Assembly (NCBI GenBank): GCA_902785275.1
Contig: CACZYB010000002.1
Span: 99,495 to 163,494, forward strand
Reading direction: 5' to 3'
DNA length: 64,000 bases
DNA from: an uncultured Pseudomonadota bacterium
GTDB lineage: Bacteria; Pseudomonadota; Alphaproteobacteria; Rs-D84; CACZYB01
Positions 40,509 to 50,531 of this stretch are shown in pieces (the stretch's first letter is position 1; each line of letters starts with the position of its first letter). Position numbers and translations under genes: made by a program. The notes beneath the pieces are model-generated. The model was not told where the DNA came from, searched no databases, and saw only the letters and a list, made by a program, of their open reading frames with translations.

Positions 40509-40664
40509 TTTTTAGATTCTACTGACCCACTCCTCTAAAACACCTAAGTATATGATTTTACAGTGTTTTATTTTTAGAAAAATCTTAAAAATTGTCAATA
40601 ATAATGTATTTTTTGGGTCGTTTTTTACTTAATTTTTTACATTTTTAGATTCTATTGACCCACT
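40509..40664 (+). repeat. 23-bp direct repeat, 133 bp apart
   Basis: TTTTTAGATTCTACTGACCCACT (40509-40531) and TTTTTAGATTCTATTGACCCACT (40642-40664), 22/23 identical. Confidence 0.85.
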
Positions 40665-40773
40665 GATATATAGAGTAATAAAACTTATCTATTTTGATGT
40701 GTTATAAGGTTTATTTTCCTTGCATGTAGTTTTTATGGGAGTAAAATACAGTGATAATAAAAGGAGAAATATA

Positions 40774-41688
40774 ATGGCTTTAAAATTAGTAGAAACAGTT
40801 GTAAACACTCTTAAATCAAATCCTGAAAAATATTATACCGCAAGAGAACTTGCAGAAAGTGCTTATCAATGTAAACCAAAAGAATGTGAAGAAAAAAAGG
40901 ATAAAAGTCAAAACTTAAAAACACACGATGATTTAATTCAACAATTAATCAGAGAAATTGGGTCATCGACTCCTCTTATAAAATCTCACCCAAATATAAG
41001 AATAACAGAAGAACGCCCTAGGAAATATTATTATTCAGAAAAAACAGATATTGAAGAAATTGAAGAAGCAGAAAAAACTTCAAGAAAAAACGGTCATCCA
41101 GAACATGATTTATATCCATTACTTTGTGAATATTTATATAATGAATTGGATATTTATCCTAAAAGAATTGATGAGAGAAAGTCATCAAATAGTAAAGGAA
41201 ACAATGGAAATAAATGGTTGCACCCTGATATAGTTGGATTGCAAAATCTCTCCAAAGATTGGGATGATGATGTTATTAATTGTGCTAATAAACATGCTTT
41301 CAATAAAACTTCATTATGGTCATTTGAAGTAAAAATTAAAATAAATTTATCTAATGTAAGAGAATATTTTTTCCAAACAGTTTCAAATTCGAGTTGGGCG
41401 AATAATTCATATCTTGTTGCAACAGAAATAGATGAAAAGTCAATGAAAGAACTTAAAATATTATGTTATGGGCATAATATAGGACTTATCAGATTAAATA
41501 AAGAAAATCCTTCAGAAAGTCAAATCTTAATTCCTGCAATAGAAAATGATGACTTAGATTGGAATATGATAAATAGAATATCAGAAGAAAATCCAGATTT
41601 TAAAGAATTTGTAAATCGTATTACAGAATTTTATCAAACTGGAAAAATAAAAGAAAAAGAATGGGATATTCCAGAACGTAGTAATTAA
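40774..41688 (+). CDS. COG2958/HrgA family protein (HTH plus restriction-endonuclease-like domain)
   Basis: EHDLYP, NKWLHPDIVG, SFEVK, FFQTVSNSSWAN motifs; ATG 40774 after AGGAG. Confidence 0.8.
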   Translation: MALKLVETVVNTLKSNPEKYYTARELAESAYQCKPKECEEKKDKSQNLKTHDDLIQQLIREIGSSTPLIKSHPNIRITEERPRKYYYSEKTDIEEIEEAEKTSRKNGHPEHDLYPLLCEYLYNELDIYPKRIDERKSSNSKGNNGNKWLHPDIVGLQNLSKDWDDDVINCANKHAFNKTSLWSFEVKIKINLSNVREYFFQTVSNSSWANNSYLVATEIDEKSMKELKILCYGHNIGLIRLNKENPSESQILIPAIENDDLDWNMINRISEENPDFKEFVNRITEFYQTGKIKEKEWDIPERSN

Positions 41689-41742
41689 AGATATTATTTG
41701 ATAAAGGTATGGTATAGAAATTATAGTAGAGAGTATTAGATT

Positions 41743-43188
41743 ATGATTGATAAAGCAAATTTTTACAAATTACCAGAAACAGAACAAAAAAAAGAATTAG
41801 AAAATTTATGGGTAAATACATCAGAAGATGTAGAAAGTTTTGCTAACAATTTAGTCGAAGAAATAAAATACTCTAATACCCCTTTTGTATTAGGTATTGA
41901 TGGTGGATATGGAACGGGAAAAACTTATTTTTCGACTAGATTTACAGAATATTTAAAAGCAAAAGATATAAATGCTATATATTGTAGTGTTTGGGAAAAT
42001 GACTATCTTGAAAATCCATTCATTGCAATATCAAAAGAAATAATTAAAAGTATAAATAGCGCTACAATAAAAAGTAAAACGAAAACTGTTTTAGAGAAAT
42101 TAAATGATAGTATCGTAAATGTTTTTTCTTGTTTAAATATTTCTGTTCCTATTAAGAATGTAGAAGTATCTGCAAATGTAAAAGATGTATACAAAGCAAT
42201 AGCTAAGCCTTGGATAGAACAAAAAAAAGATGAAATACAACAATTTAAATCAGATATGGGTAATTTTATAAAATATCCTAATGGTGAAAAGTTAGTTTTA
42301 GTTGTTGATGAACTAGACAGATGTAGACCTGATTTTGCAGTTAAAACTCTAGAAATTTTAAAACATCTTTTTGATATTGAAGGTTTGTATGTTATTTTAA
42401 TGATAAATAAGGATAGATTAAGTCAACATATAAATGCATTTTATAATATTCAAGTTATTGGAGAAGAAAAAGAAGAAGGTTATTTAGCCAAATTTATAAA
42501 TAGATATGAGCATATTCCAAATCTTAATTATGAAGTTATTGTAGATGATATTTTAAAAACAGAAAGATTAAAACATGCTATTGATAAGGGGAATATAACA
42601 GAAGATGAAACTAAGTTTAATAGTTTTAGTATACTTAGAAAAAATATTATAAATAGTTGTAATATGTCTCATATAACATATAGAGAAACGAAAGAACTTG
42701 TTGAGAAGTGTATTGAGTTTTGTATTAACTATAATGAATCAATTAGGTGTGAATGTTTACCTTATGAATTTGTTGAAAACAATAGTCCAATAAAAACTAT
42801 AATAGAAGATCCCAAAATTTATAGAATACGAAACGTTTTAATTGATAATAAAAACACTCTAATTTCCTTAATAAAACAGAATATTTCCAATTTACGCTAT
42901 GGTTATATTAATGGAGATGTTAAATGTGATAATTGGAAAGATATAGATGAATTATACAGCGAATTATCTTATAGGCTTAGTATACAAAATAATTTTGGTA
43001 TAAATAATAGAATTAATAAAGATGATTTTAATATAATATCTCAACTATATAAAAAGCTAAAATTTTTAGAAGCTGATGATAATGATGAAATTAGAGTTAA
43101 AAACTATGAAAAAATAGCAAAAGAATTTAATAAATTATATTCTAATAAAAATATTAAAGAAAAGGATAAAAATGAAAATATATCTTAA
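41743..43188 (+). CDS. KAP family P-loop NTPase
   Basis: Walker A GGYGTGKT, WEND, Walker B VVDELDRCRP, LEILKHLFD, YLAKFI. Confidence 0.88.
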   Translation: MIDKANFYKLPETEQKKELENLWVNTSEDVESFANNLVEEIKYSNTPFVLGIDGGYGTGKTYFSTRFTEYLKAKDINAIYCSVWENDYLENPFIAISKEIIKSINSATIKSKTKTVLEKLNDSIVNVFSCLNISVPIKNVEVSANVKDVYKAIAKPWIEQKKDEIQQFKSDMGNFIKYPNGEKLVLVVDELDRCRPDFAVKTLEILKHLFDIEGLYVILMINKDRLSQHINAFYNIQVIGEEKEEGYLAKFINRYEHIPNLNYEVIVDDILKTERLKHAIDKGNITEDETKFNSFSILRKNIINSCNMSHITYRETKELVEKCIEFCINYNESIRCECLPYEFVENNSPIKTIIEDPKIYRIRNVLIDNKNTLISLIKQNISNLRYGYINGDVKCDNWKDIDELYSELSYRLSIQNNFGINNRINKDDFNIISQLYKKLKFLEADDNDEIRVKNYEKIAKEFNKLYSNKNIKEKDKNENIS

Positions 43189-43906
43189 TTGTATGCAATG
43201 TGATCCATTTTCTCCACATAGATATAAAAAAGAAGTTGAGTATAATGAAGAAGGATATTACACAATAGAGTGTCCAAATGGACATAAAAGTTTTATTATT
43301 TTACAAGAAGAAAAATTTGAAACTTTATTCCAAATTGGAGCGCATGCTATATATGATGGATATTATAGAGAAGCAGTAAGCTCTTTTACTAGTTCTTTAG
43401 AACGTTTTTATGAATTTTGTGTTCAGTTGTTTTGTAAAAAACATAATATAGAAATGGATAAAATTGAAAAGGCTTGTAAATTTTTTACAAATTCTTCTGA
43501 AAGACAATTTGGAAGTTTTCTATTTTTATACTTGATAGAATTTGGAGAGTTACCTTTTTCTTTTGATGAAGATACAAGTAATAGGAACTTTAGAAATGGA
43601 GTGATACATAAAGGAAAAATACCTACAAAAGAAGAGGCTATTAAATATGGAGATTGTATTCGTAAATTTATTCTAAAAACAGAATTAAAACTACAAAAAA
43701 ATTATGAAAAAGAACTTTCTGAATTGATATTTAAGAATTTAAGTGATAAAGCAAAACAAAATATAAATAACTATCCAGTAGTAACTATGTGTCAGGGTAA
43801 TATTATATCTTTAGCTAATGGAGAAATTGAAAAATCATTGGAAAAAAGTTTTGTTGAAGAAATAGAAAGTATGAAAAAACAAGAAAATGGAATGAAAATG
43901 CATTAA
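43172..43906 (+). CDS. Zn-ribbon plus putative HEPN-domain protein
   Basis: CMQC...CPNGH, helical SSLERFYEF, RNGVIH (Rx4H); start overlaps the KAP NTPase end. Confidence 0.6.
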   Translation: MKIYLNCMQCDPFSPHRYKKEVEYNEEGYYTIECPNGHKSFIILQEEKFETLFQIGAHAIYDGYYREAVSSFTSSLERFYEFCVQLFCKKHNIEMDKIEKACKFFTNSSERQFGSFLFLYLIEFGELPFSFDEDTSNRNFRNGVIHKGKIPTKEEAIKYGDCIRKFILKTELKLQKNYEKELSELIFKNLSDKAKQNINNYPVVTMCQGNIISLANGEIEKSLEKSFVEEIESMKKQENGMKMH

Positions 43907-43992
43907 ATTAAATTTTAGAATAAGTATTTAGGTTTTAATTGAAAGTAAGATTTTTGAATGTTAAAATAGAATAGGTTGATATGGTTTAGTTT

Positions 43993-44664
43993 ATGTCGGA
44001 AAAGAAATGCATCTCTGAAATTAAAAAGCTCATGCAAGAATGGGATTATGAGGCTAATAAAGATTTAGACCCAATAAAACTTACCATCGGAAGTAATAAA
44101 AAAGCATGGTGGAAGAGTTATCTGTGTGGACATAGATGGCAAACATCAATTTCTCATCGCACTCGAGAAGGAAGAAACAGTTGTCCTAATTGTCATTATG
44201 GACATTGGAGTAAAGGTAGAAAAAATTTAACACAAACAAATCCTGATATTGTAAAAGATTGGGATTATACTAAAAATGGAAAATTAACACCAGATATGTT
44301 TAAACCTAATTCAGGGCATAAAGTTTGGTGGATTTGCCCTAAATGTGGTTACGAATATGAATCGAAAATAGGACATAGAATAGGTAAACATCCAACTAGT
44401 TGTCCTAAGTGTGGTATAGAAAAATCAAATTTTGCAAAAAACAAACCAATAAATATGATCGATCTTAAAACGCACAAAGTTATAAGAACATTTAAATCGA
44501 TTTCTGACGCTTCAAGAGAAATGAAAGTAAGTAGTGGAAACATTACAGCTGTTTGTAAAGGAACAAGGACTAAGGCTAGTGGTTATATTTGGCAATATGC
44601 TGATGAACAAGAATTAAAAAAAAGTCAGAAGAATAAAAAACAACTAGAACTTGAATTGAAATAG
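43993..44664 (+). CDS. DUF4379-type treble-clef zinc-ribbon repeat protein with C-terminal NUMOD1-like HTH
   Basis: Two WDY..N...S..K.WW.C..CGH/Y....CPxC repeats; FKSISDASR...ITAVCKG....ASGYIWQY. Confidence 0.75.
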   Translation: MSEKKCISEIKKLMQEWDYEANKDLDPIKLTIGSNKKAWWKSYLCGHRWQTSISHRTREGRNSCPNCHYGHWSKGRKNLTQTNPDIVKDWDYTKNGKLTPDMFKPNSGHKVWWICPKCGYEYESKIGHRIGKHPTSCPKCGIEKSNFAKNKPINMIDLKTHKVIRTFKSISDASREMKVSSGNITAVCKGTRTKASGYIWQYADEQELKKSQKNKKQLELELK

Positions 44665-44789
44665 ATTTAGAAATTTTAACTTTATAGTTTAGGATTATGC
44701 AAACTATGAAGTATCAGTAATAATCATATCCGAATTATAGTAACCAAGAACTTCTTTCTATATTCCTTTAAAAGCATGATTTACGACAG

Positions 44790-44822
44790 TTGCAAAATTT
44801 GCAATTATCGAGTTTTCTGCCA
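44790..44822 (+). repeat. 33-bp direct repeat, copy 1
   Basis: TTGCAAAATTTGCAATTATCGAGTTTTCTGCCA; 31/33 identical to 49370-49402. Confidence 0.85.
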
Positions 44823-45078
44823 ATTATCCATCATTAAAGTGGAAAACTAGTTACGAATGGTATAGGATTAATATTCTCCCAACCAAAATTAGAGATTTTT
44901 AGAAAATTTGAAAAGATATCCTCAAAATTACTTTGTAAATGGTGCTGGTTTGGAATTATTAATTAATGACATATTGAAAAGTTAAATATTCAATATGTTT
45001 CAATTATTGAAGTATTTATTGATTTTTGAATATATTGAATTGTAATATATTGTATAGATATATTATGGTTTAGTTAAA

Positions 45079-45990
45079 ATGAATAGAACGATTACACTAT
45101 CATCATTTGGAGAGGAATTTTTTAGAAAATGGAAATGCTATAAGAAGAATATTTCTAATAGAGAAATTAAAGAATGGCTTATTTGTAGTGATTATTGTAT
45201 AGATGCTAAAAGTAAAAATGATACGTTAACATTTACAATATTTCCTTCCAATCTTAGATTTAAGATATTTAAAGAAACAAAACAAATTTTAACCCAGGAT
45301 ATGAAACATATTACTAATATTTCTAAGGAAGTATTAGATTATCTTAAAAATAATAAAGAATGTTTTTCTATTGGTATAATACTAAGAAATAAAAAACTTT
45401 TTGTTCATAATTTAAATGAAATGTCAAAACATTTACATGCGCAAATTGAAGATTATAAGACAATGCCTGAAGATCTACAAAAACAGAAGAAAGAAGAACA
45501 TAGATTAATAGTTGATTTTGTAAATTATATTGATAGTAAAAAATGTGATAAAAAATTAGTATCTTATTTTTTCTTAGTTATGCAAACTGTAGCCTTTATT
45601 ATGGAATTTTTAATTATAAGAGAGAATGCAAATAGTATTTATTGGATATCTGATAGAGATAAAATAATTTCTTTTGATGATGGAGTTATTTATTATCTGT
45701 TAAATGCGTTAGTATTTTTATTAGTAAAAGAAAGAAAAAAAGATTACAAAATTGGTTTGTTTCCTTTTGAAGAATTGCAACATTTTGATTCTATTTTGAG
45801 AATACCTGATATAATAACAGGAACTTTATCTTCCATATCGTCAAAAAATGGGGCTGTGTTTGCAGAAAAAGAAAAACACAGAGATGTTTTTCGTGATGTA
45901 ATATATAATAATCCAAGAATATTTTTGATGTATTATATTTGGGATAAGATTAAAGGTCATCAAGAATTTGTTATACTAAACCATCCATAG
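45079..45990 (+). CDS. Hypothetical protein, possibly RNase H-fold (DUF3800-like)
   Basis: Long ORF; acidic motifs SDY, SDRD and PDIITG are spaced as in DUF3800-like proteins (weak). Confidence 0.5.
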   Translation: MNRTITLSSFGEEFFRKWKCYKKNISNREIKEWLICSDYCIDAKSKNDTLTFTIFPSNLRFKIFKETKQILTQDMKHITNISKEVLDYLKNNKECFSIGIILRNKKLFVHNLNEMSKHLHAQIEDYKTMPEDLQKQKKEEHRLIVDFVNYIDSKKCDKKLVSYFFLVMQTVAFIMEFLIIRENANSIYWISDRDKIISFDDGVIYYLLNALVFLLVKERKKDYKIGLFPFEELQHFDSILRIPDIITGTLSSISSKNGAVFAEKEKHRDVFRDVIYNNPRIFLMYYIWDKIKGHQEFVILNHP

Positions 45991-46095
45991 TAATTGTACT
46001 AAACAAATCATTAGATAAATAAAATACCGACTAGTAAAGTGTGGATTATAAGATTAAAAAAAATAAAATTATATTAAATTCTATTCTATTCTATT

Positions 46096-46956
46096 CTATT
46101 CATTAAGAAACTTTTTTATTTGAGGAAGCATTTTGATTGCATCATTTCTTCCTAAATCATATAATTCTTTAATAACAGATAAATTGTTTTCAACTCTTCC
46201 AACTTTAATATAACGACTTGGTCGGATTATAATAGTATTATTACCAACCTCACTTTTTTCAATATATTTAATTTGTTCATTATACATATTATGTCGGTTA
46301 AGCATTGCTTTGATAAATTTAGGATATTTTCTATAGACTATTGGTGTAAGCATTTTAATAAGGAAAGATGGCTTCTTTTTATATCCTTTAATTCTGGTTA
46401 GAACAACGATATTTTTCTTATAACCAAGTTCTTGTGCTCTTGCTAATGGAATACTATCTGCAATACTTCCATCAAGAAATTCTTTACCCTTTATTTTAAC
46501 TATTTTTGAAAAAAATGGAAGAGAGGCAGAAGCCCTTATGTAATCGATGTCTTTAAACATATCATTACATTTTATATATTCGGCTTCTCCTGTTTCAAGA
46601 TTTGTACATACAGCATAAAGGTCTATACCAAGTTTTTTGAAAGTTTCATTATCAACAGGATCTAGTTTTTCAGGTAATGTATGATAAGAAAATTCAGTAT
46701 CAACAATATTTCCAGTTTTTAACCAATTTTTAAAACTCATAAATCTCGAATCTTTACCGTATTTCATATTGTATCTTATACTTCTACCTATTTGTTGAGA
46801 AGCATATGAACATCCGTGTATGCATCCAGCAGATGTTCCAATAACACCATCAATCATTATGTTATTTTCCATTAAGACATCAAGAACGCCAGCTGTGTAA
46901 ATTCCACGTTTACCGCCACCTTCTAAAACTAAACATGAATTTTTGATGTTTTTCAT
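46096..46956 (-). CDS. Patatin-like phospholipase (YjjU/RssA-like)
   Basis: GGGKRG oxyanion motif, GTSAG nucleophile, DGS catalytic Asp. Confidence 0.9.
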   Translation of the reverse strand: MKNIKNSCLVLEGGGKRGIYTAGVLDVLMENNIMIDGVIGTSAGCIHGCSYASQQIGRSIRYNMKYGKDSRFMSFKNWLKTGNIVDTEFSYHTLPEKLDPVDNETFKKLGIDLYAVCTNLETGEAEYIKCNDMFKDIDYIRASASLPFFSKIVKIKGKEFLDGSIADSIPLARAQELGYKKNIVVLTRIKGYKKKPSFLIKMLTPIVYRKYPKFIKAMLNRHNMYNEQIKYIEKSEVGNNTIIIRPSRYIKVGRVENNLSVIKELYDLGRNDAIKMLPQIKKFLNE

Positions 46957-47095
46957 TTATTATTCCTTATACTGTTATAATACACTTATTTTATATATTA
47001 AGTCAATTAAAACGAATATAGTCATAAATGGTATTTCTTAGCTTTACCAGGTTTTGATTCAGAAATAAAAGTTATATGATAAAAAAAGAGAGAGA

Positions 47096-47584
47096 TTATT
47101 CTCTCTCTTTTTGTTCTTCTTTAAGTGCTTCTGTTAGAGCTCCAAAAAATTCTTCTGATGCTGTAGGAATTTTCTTGTCGCCAATTTGTTTTATAGCATT
47201 ACTTGGCATATTTTTCATTGGTTTTGCAAGATAATTTCTTCTTTCATTATACAATATCTTGTCACCAGGTTTTGCTGTATTAGTAAATTTTACACCATCA
47301 ACATAAAATGTTCTTTCAATTGTGTTTAAATCTCCATCTAAATCAATGTCAAATTTAGTTTTGTTATCTAAACTTTCTGCACTTATAATTGTACCTTGAA
47401 TTGGTGTAGCTTTCATTTCTTCTTCTGGAAGACGACATCCTCTTAAGAATATTAGAAATAATGCACATTCAATAGAAAAACCTGTAAAATTCCACAATAA
47501 ACTCATAGCAGCATTTGGTTTTCCATCTATTTCAATAGTTGTTTTATCAAGTAATTTAAATGGGTTTGGAGGAGTAATATTCAT
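47096..47584 (-). CDS. Hypothetical protein with one TM segment
   Basis: 162-aa ORF with AAGG RBS; divergent from the Y-family polymerase. Confidence 0.55.
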   Translation of the reverse strand: MNITPPNPFKLLDKTTIEIDGKPNAAMSLLWNFTGFSIECALFLIFLRGCRLPEEEMKATPIQGTIISAESLDNKTKFDIDLDGDLNTIERTFYVDGVKFTNTAKPGDKILYNERRNYLAKPMKNMPSNAIKQIGDKKIPTASEEFFGALTEALKEEQKERE

Positions 47585-47692
47585 TTTTTTCCTTATAATA
47601 TTTGTTCTTGTTTATTTGTGAATTAAATCACGTGTAGTATATATACAAAATCACTATAATTTTGTCAATGAATATTTGTTATGAGAAAATAC

Positions 47693-47721
47693 TTGCAAGA
47701 ACATAAATGGAACATTATAAT
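47693..47721 (+). promoter_or_regulatory. Sigma70 promoter with alphaproteobacterial LexA box in the spacer
   Basis: TTGCAA (47693-98), 17 nt, TATAAT (47716-21); GAAC-ATAAATG-GAAC at 47699-47713. Confidence 0.8.
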
Positions 47722-47739
47722 ATCAGTTAGGTGTAGAAA

Positions 47740-48996
47740 ATGGCTGATAAGATGTATCTTTGTATTGATTTGAAAAGCTTCTTTGCCTCTGTGGAATGTG
47801 TGGAAAGAGGCCTTGATCCTTTTACAACTAATCTTGCAGTGGCTGATCCTGCTCGTAATTCTGGTACAATCTGTCTAGCAATAACTCCAGCAATGAAGGA
47901 ATTAGGTATAAAGAACAGATGTCGAGTATTTGAAATACCTTCTCACATAAAGTACATAAAAGCTAGACCAAGAATAAGTTTATATATGAAGTATTCTGCT
48001 GACATATATGGAACTTATTTAAATTACATATCCAAAGAAGATATTTATATTTATTCTATTGATGAGTGTTTCATAGATATTACTAGTTATTTGAAGATAT
48101 ATCATAAGACACCTAAAGAATTAGCTATAATGTTAATGGATGCAGTATTTAAGAAAACAGGTATTTGTGCTACCGCTGGGATAGGTACTAATTTATTCTT
48201 AGCAAAGGTTGCATTAGATATTACAGCAAAACATGTTCCAGATCATATTGGATATCTTGATGAAGAAGAGTTTAAAAAACAAATCTGGCATCATAAACCT
48301 ATGACAGATATTTGGAGTATAGGTAAAGGTGTAGCAACAAGACTAAATCACTTAGGCCTATATGACTTATATGATGTTTCACAATGTGATCCAAGAAGGC
48401 TTTATAAAGAATTTGGCGTAAATGCTGAATTCTTAATTGATCATTCTAAAGGTATTGAACCTTGTACTATAAAAGAAATTAAAGAATACAAATCTAAGAG
48501 TAATTCAATTTCCAATGGTCAGATACTATTTGAAGATTATAAATACGAAGATGCAAAAGTAGTACTTACTGAGATGGTAGAACTTCTAACACTAGAAATG
48601 AACGAAAAGGATTTAAGTGCTGATGGTATATCATTGATGGTTGGATATTCAAAGGATTGTATACCAGCAACAGGTGGCTCTAGAAAAATATCAAGGACTA
48701 ATTCTTATTCAACTATTTTAAAATCAGTTTTGGAACTATATGAAAAGTCAACTGATAAACATCATCCTATCAGAAAGTTAAATGTTGGATTAAACAACTT
48801 GTTACCAGAAACATTTATACAATATGGTTTGTTTGATAATCCAGAATTAAATATTAAAGAAAAGAAGGTTCAGAACATCTTAATGAGTATAAAAAATAAA
48901 TATGGTAAGAATGCAATATTAAGAGGAATAAGTTTTGAAGAAAAAGCCACAGGAAGAGAACGTAATAAAATGGTAGGAGGTCATAACAGTGAGTGA
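47740..48996 (+). CDS. Y-family translesion DNA polymerase (UmuC/ImpB-like)
   Basis: CIDLKSFFASVEC, YSIDECFID, AKVALD, KYGKNAI, terminal GGH. Confidence 0.92.
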   Translation: MADKMYLCIDLKSFFASVECVERGLDPFTTNLAVADPARNSGTICLAITPAMKELGIKNRCRVFEIPSHIKYIKARPRISLYMKYSADIYGTYLNYISKEDIYIYSIDECFIDITSYLKIYHKTPKELAIMLMDAVFKKTGICATAGIGTNLFLAKVALDITAKHVPDHIGYLDEEEFKKQIWHHKPMTDIWSIGKGVATRLNHLGLYDLYDVSQCDPRRLYKEFGVNAEFLIDHSKGIEPCTIKEIKEYKSKSNSISNGQILFEDYKYEDAKVVLTEMVELLTLEMNEKDLSADGISLMVGYSKDCIPATGGSRKISRTNSYSTILKSVLELYEKSTDKHHPIRKLNVGLNNLLPETFIQYGLFDNPELNIKEKKVQNILMSIKNKYGKNAILRGISFEEKATGRERNKMVGGHNSE

Positions 48997-49294
48997 TAGA
49001 GCAAGACAGTTTATGGCATTTGCTGCATTAAAAGGATATTATGATCTAATTGAAAAGAAGAATGAGCAATATGACATAGAAGATAAGAAAGAACTTAGTA
49101 ATGAAGAGATAGAACAGATTTCTAATACCATTAAGGAGTTAGAAATAGGAAGTATTATTTCTGTTATTTATTATAATAAAACCAGATATGAAAAAGTAAC
49201 TGGAGCATTAACAGACATAAATCCAGAAAGACATACCCTAAGAATTATAAAAACAGATATAAAGTTCGATGACATATTGGAAATAATTACTTAA
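48989..49294 (+). CDS. YolD-like protein
   Basis: DRARQFxxFAALKGY N-terminus, IKFDDILEI C-terminus; overlaps the polymerase end. Confidence 0.85.
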   Translation: MSDRARQFMAFAALKGYYDLIEKKNEQYDIEDKKELSNEEIEQISNTIKELEIGSIISVIYYNKTRYEKVTGALTDINPERHTLRIIKTDIKFDDILEIIT

Positions 49295-49369
49295 TTGTTA
49301 GTTTGAATTTGTAAAAGAAATTTACAAGTTGAGTTTATAAATAGTAAGTTATCTGGAATTTCTGGGAAA

Positions 49370-49402
49370 TTGCATAATTTGCAATTATCGAGTTTTCTGA
49401 CA
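49370..49402 (+). repeat. 33-bp direct repeat, copy 2
   Basis: TTGCATAATTTGCAATTATCGAGTTTTCTGACA. Confidence 0.85.
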
Positions 49403-49472
49403 TTTTGTTTTTTTTAAAATCAATTTAGTAATTATGTGAAAAATGGAGTTAAGCACTAGATATAAAATAAAT

Positions 49473-49724
49473 TTATCGAGTATTAAGAGTTTTTGCCATA
49501 TTTAATGCTTCTGAAAATTGTAAAGTTCTATAACAAGGTTTACCATCTTTGTTTAAAATAACTATATTACTACCTTGTAAAGCAATTTTGTAATTACCAA
49601 TAAATAAACTGTCATTAAGCATTTCCATATAATAAGTAAACAACTTTTCTGAAGAAGGTAGTCCTTCTTCTTTATTGTAAGTATTTTGTCTATCTAGTTC
49701 ATATATTAAATCAGAATAATGCAT
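49473..49724 (-). CDS. Hypothetical protein
   Basis: 83-aa ORF with AGGA RBS. Confidence 0.45.
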   Translation of the reverse strand: MHYSDLIYELDRQNTYNKEEGLPSSEKLFTYYMEMLNDSLFIGNYKIALQGSNIVILNKDGKPCYRTLQFSEALNMAKTLNTR

Positions 49725-50531
49725 TATAAAATCCTACTTTTTAATTCTTTTTATTAGGTCGACTTGAGTCTTACTAATGGATTTATTTTTCATACTTTAT
49801 ACAAAAAGTCAATAATATATTTTCGGCTACTAGTACAATATCATGATCATCCATTAAGAGGTAATTTTAAAGTGAATAGAGATTTACATATAGAAGTAGA
49901 ATGGATATTGATTTATAAGATAGAAAATATGCTATTGTATTTTTAACTGTTACTTGTAGTTATGCAAAATTGTTGAAATAATTGAACTGTCTAGTTTCTT
50001 TTGGTAGTTATTTGTACAAATTGAGTATTAAGGCAAATAAAGCTATGTTTAAAATTTATGCAAATTATTTTTTTAATGCTTTTGTTATTGATCAAATTAT
50101 TAGAATTTGAAAATCAATGTTTCTTATACAATGGAATAATTAAATAATTTCTTTTCATATTTATGTAAAAAATTTTGTATTTGAAATACCTAAGTTTTAG
50201 TTTACAAATATTTATTATAATTAAAGTAAATGAATCGATTTTAAATCAGTAAAATTTCAATTAAATGATAAGATAAAAGTAAAAATTTAATATATTTTTA
50301 TAATATTTTTATAAATTTGAAATCATTTTTTATTGTAAAATTAAATGGATAAATCAACTTATATCTTAAAATATAATTTTAAAATATAATAATAGGTTAT
50401 TCACAAATTAAGAAAATTATCATAGTATATGTTTCATAAAGTAAATCATAAAAAAAATATATTGAAAGAAAATGATAAATATATAAAAATTTGATTTATT
50501 AAAATAGTTATAGAAAAGTGAGTAAATTAAA

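Noticed and set aside
46079-46101. (CTATT)4 microsatellite
   Set aside because: Short, lies at and after the patatin stop, and would not shift a reading frame
46096-46956. Patatin as a CBASS CapV-type effector
   Set aside because: No CD-NTase nearby; the sequence looks like the common stand-alone YjjU/RssA type and is transcribed on its own
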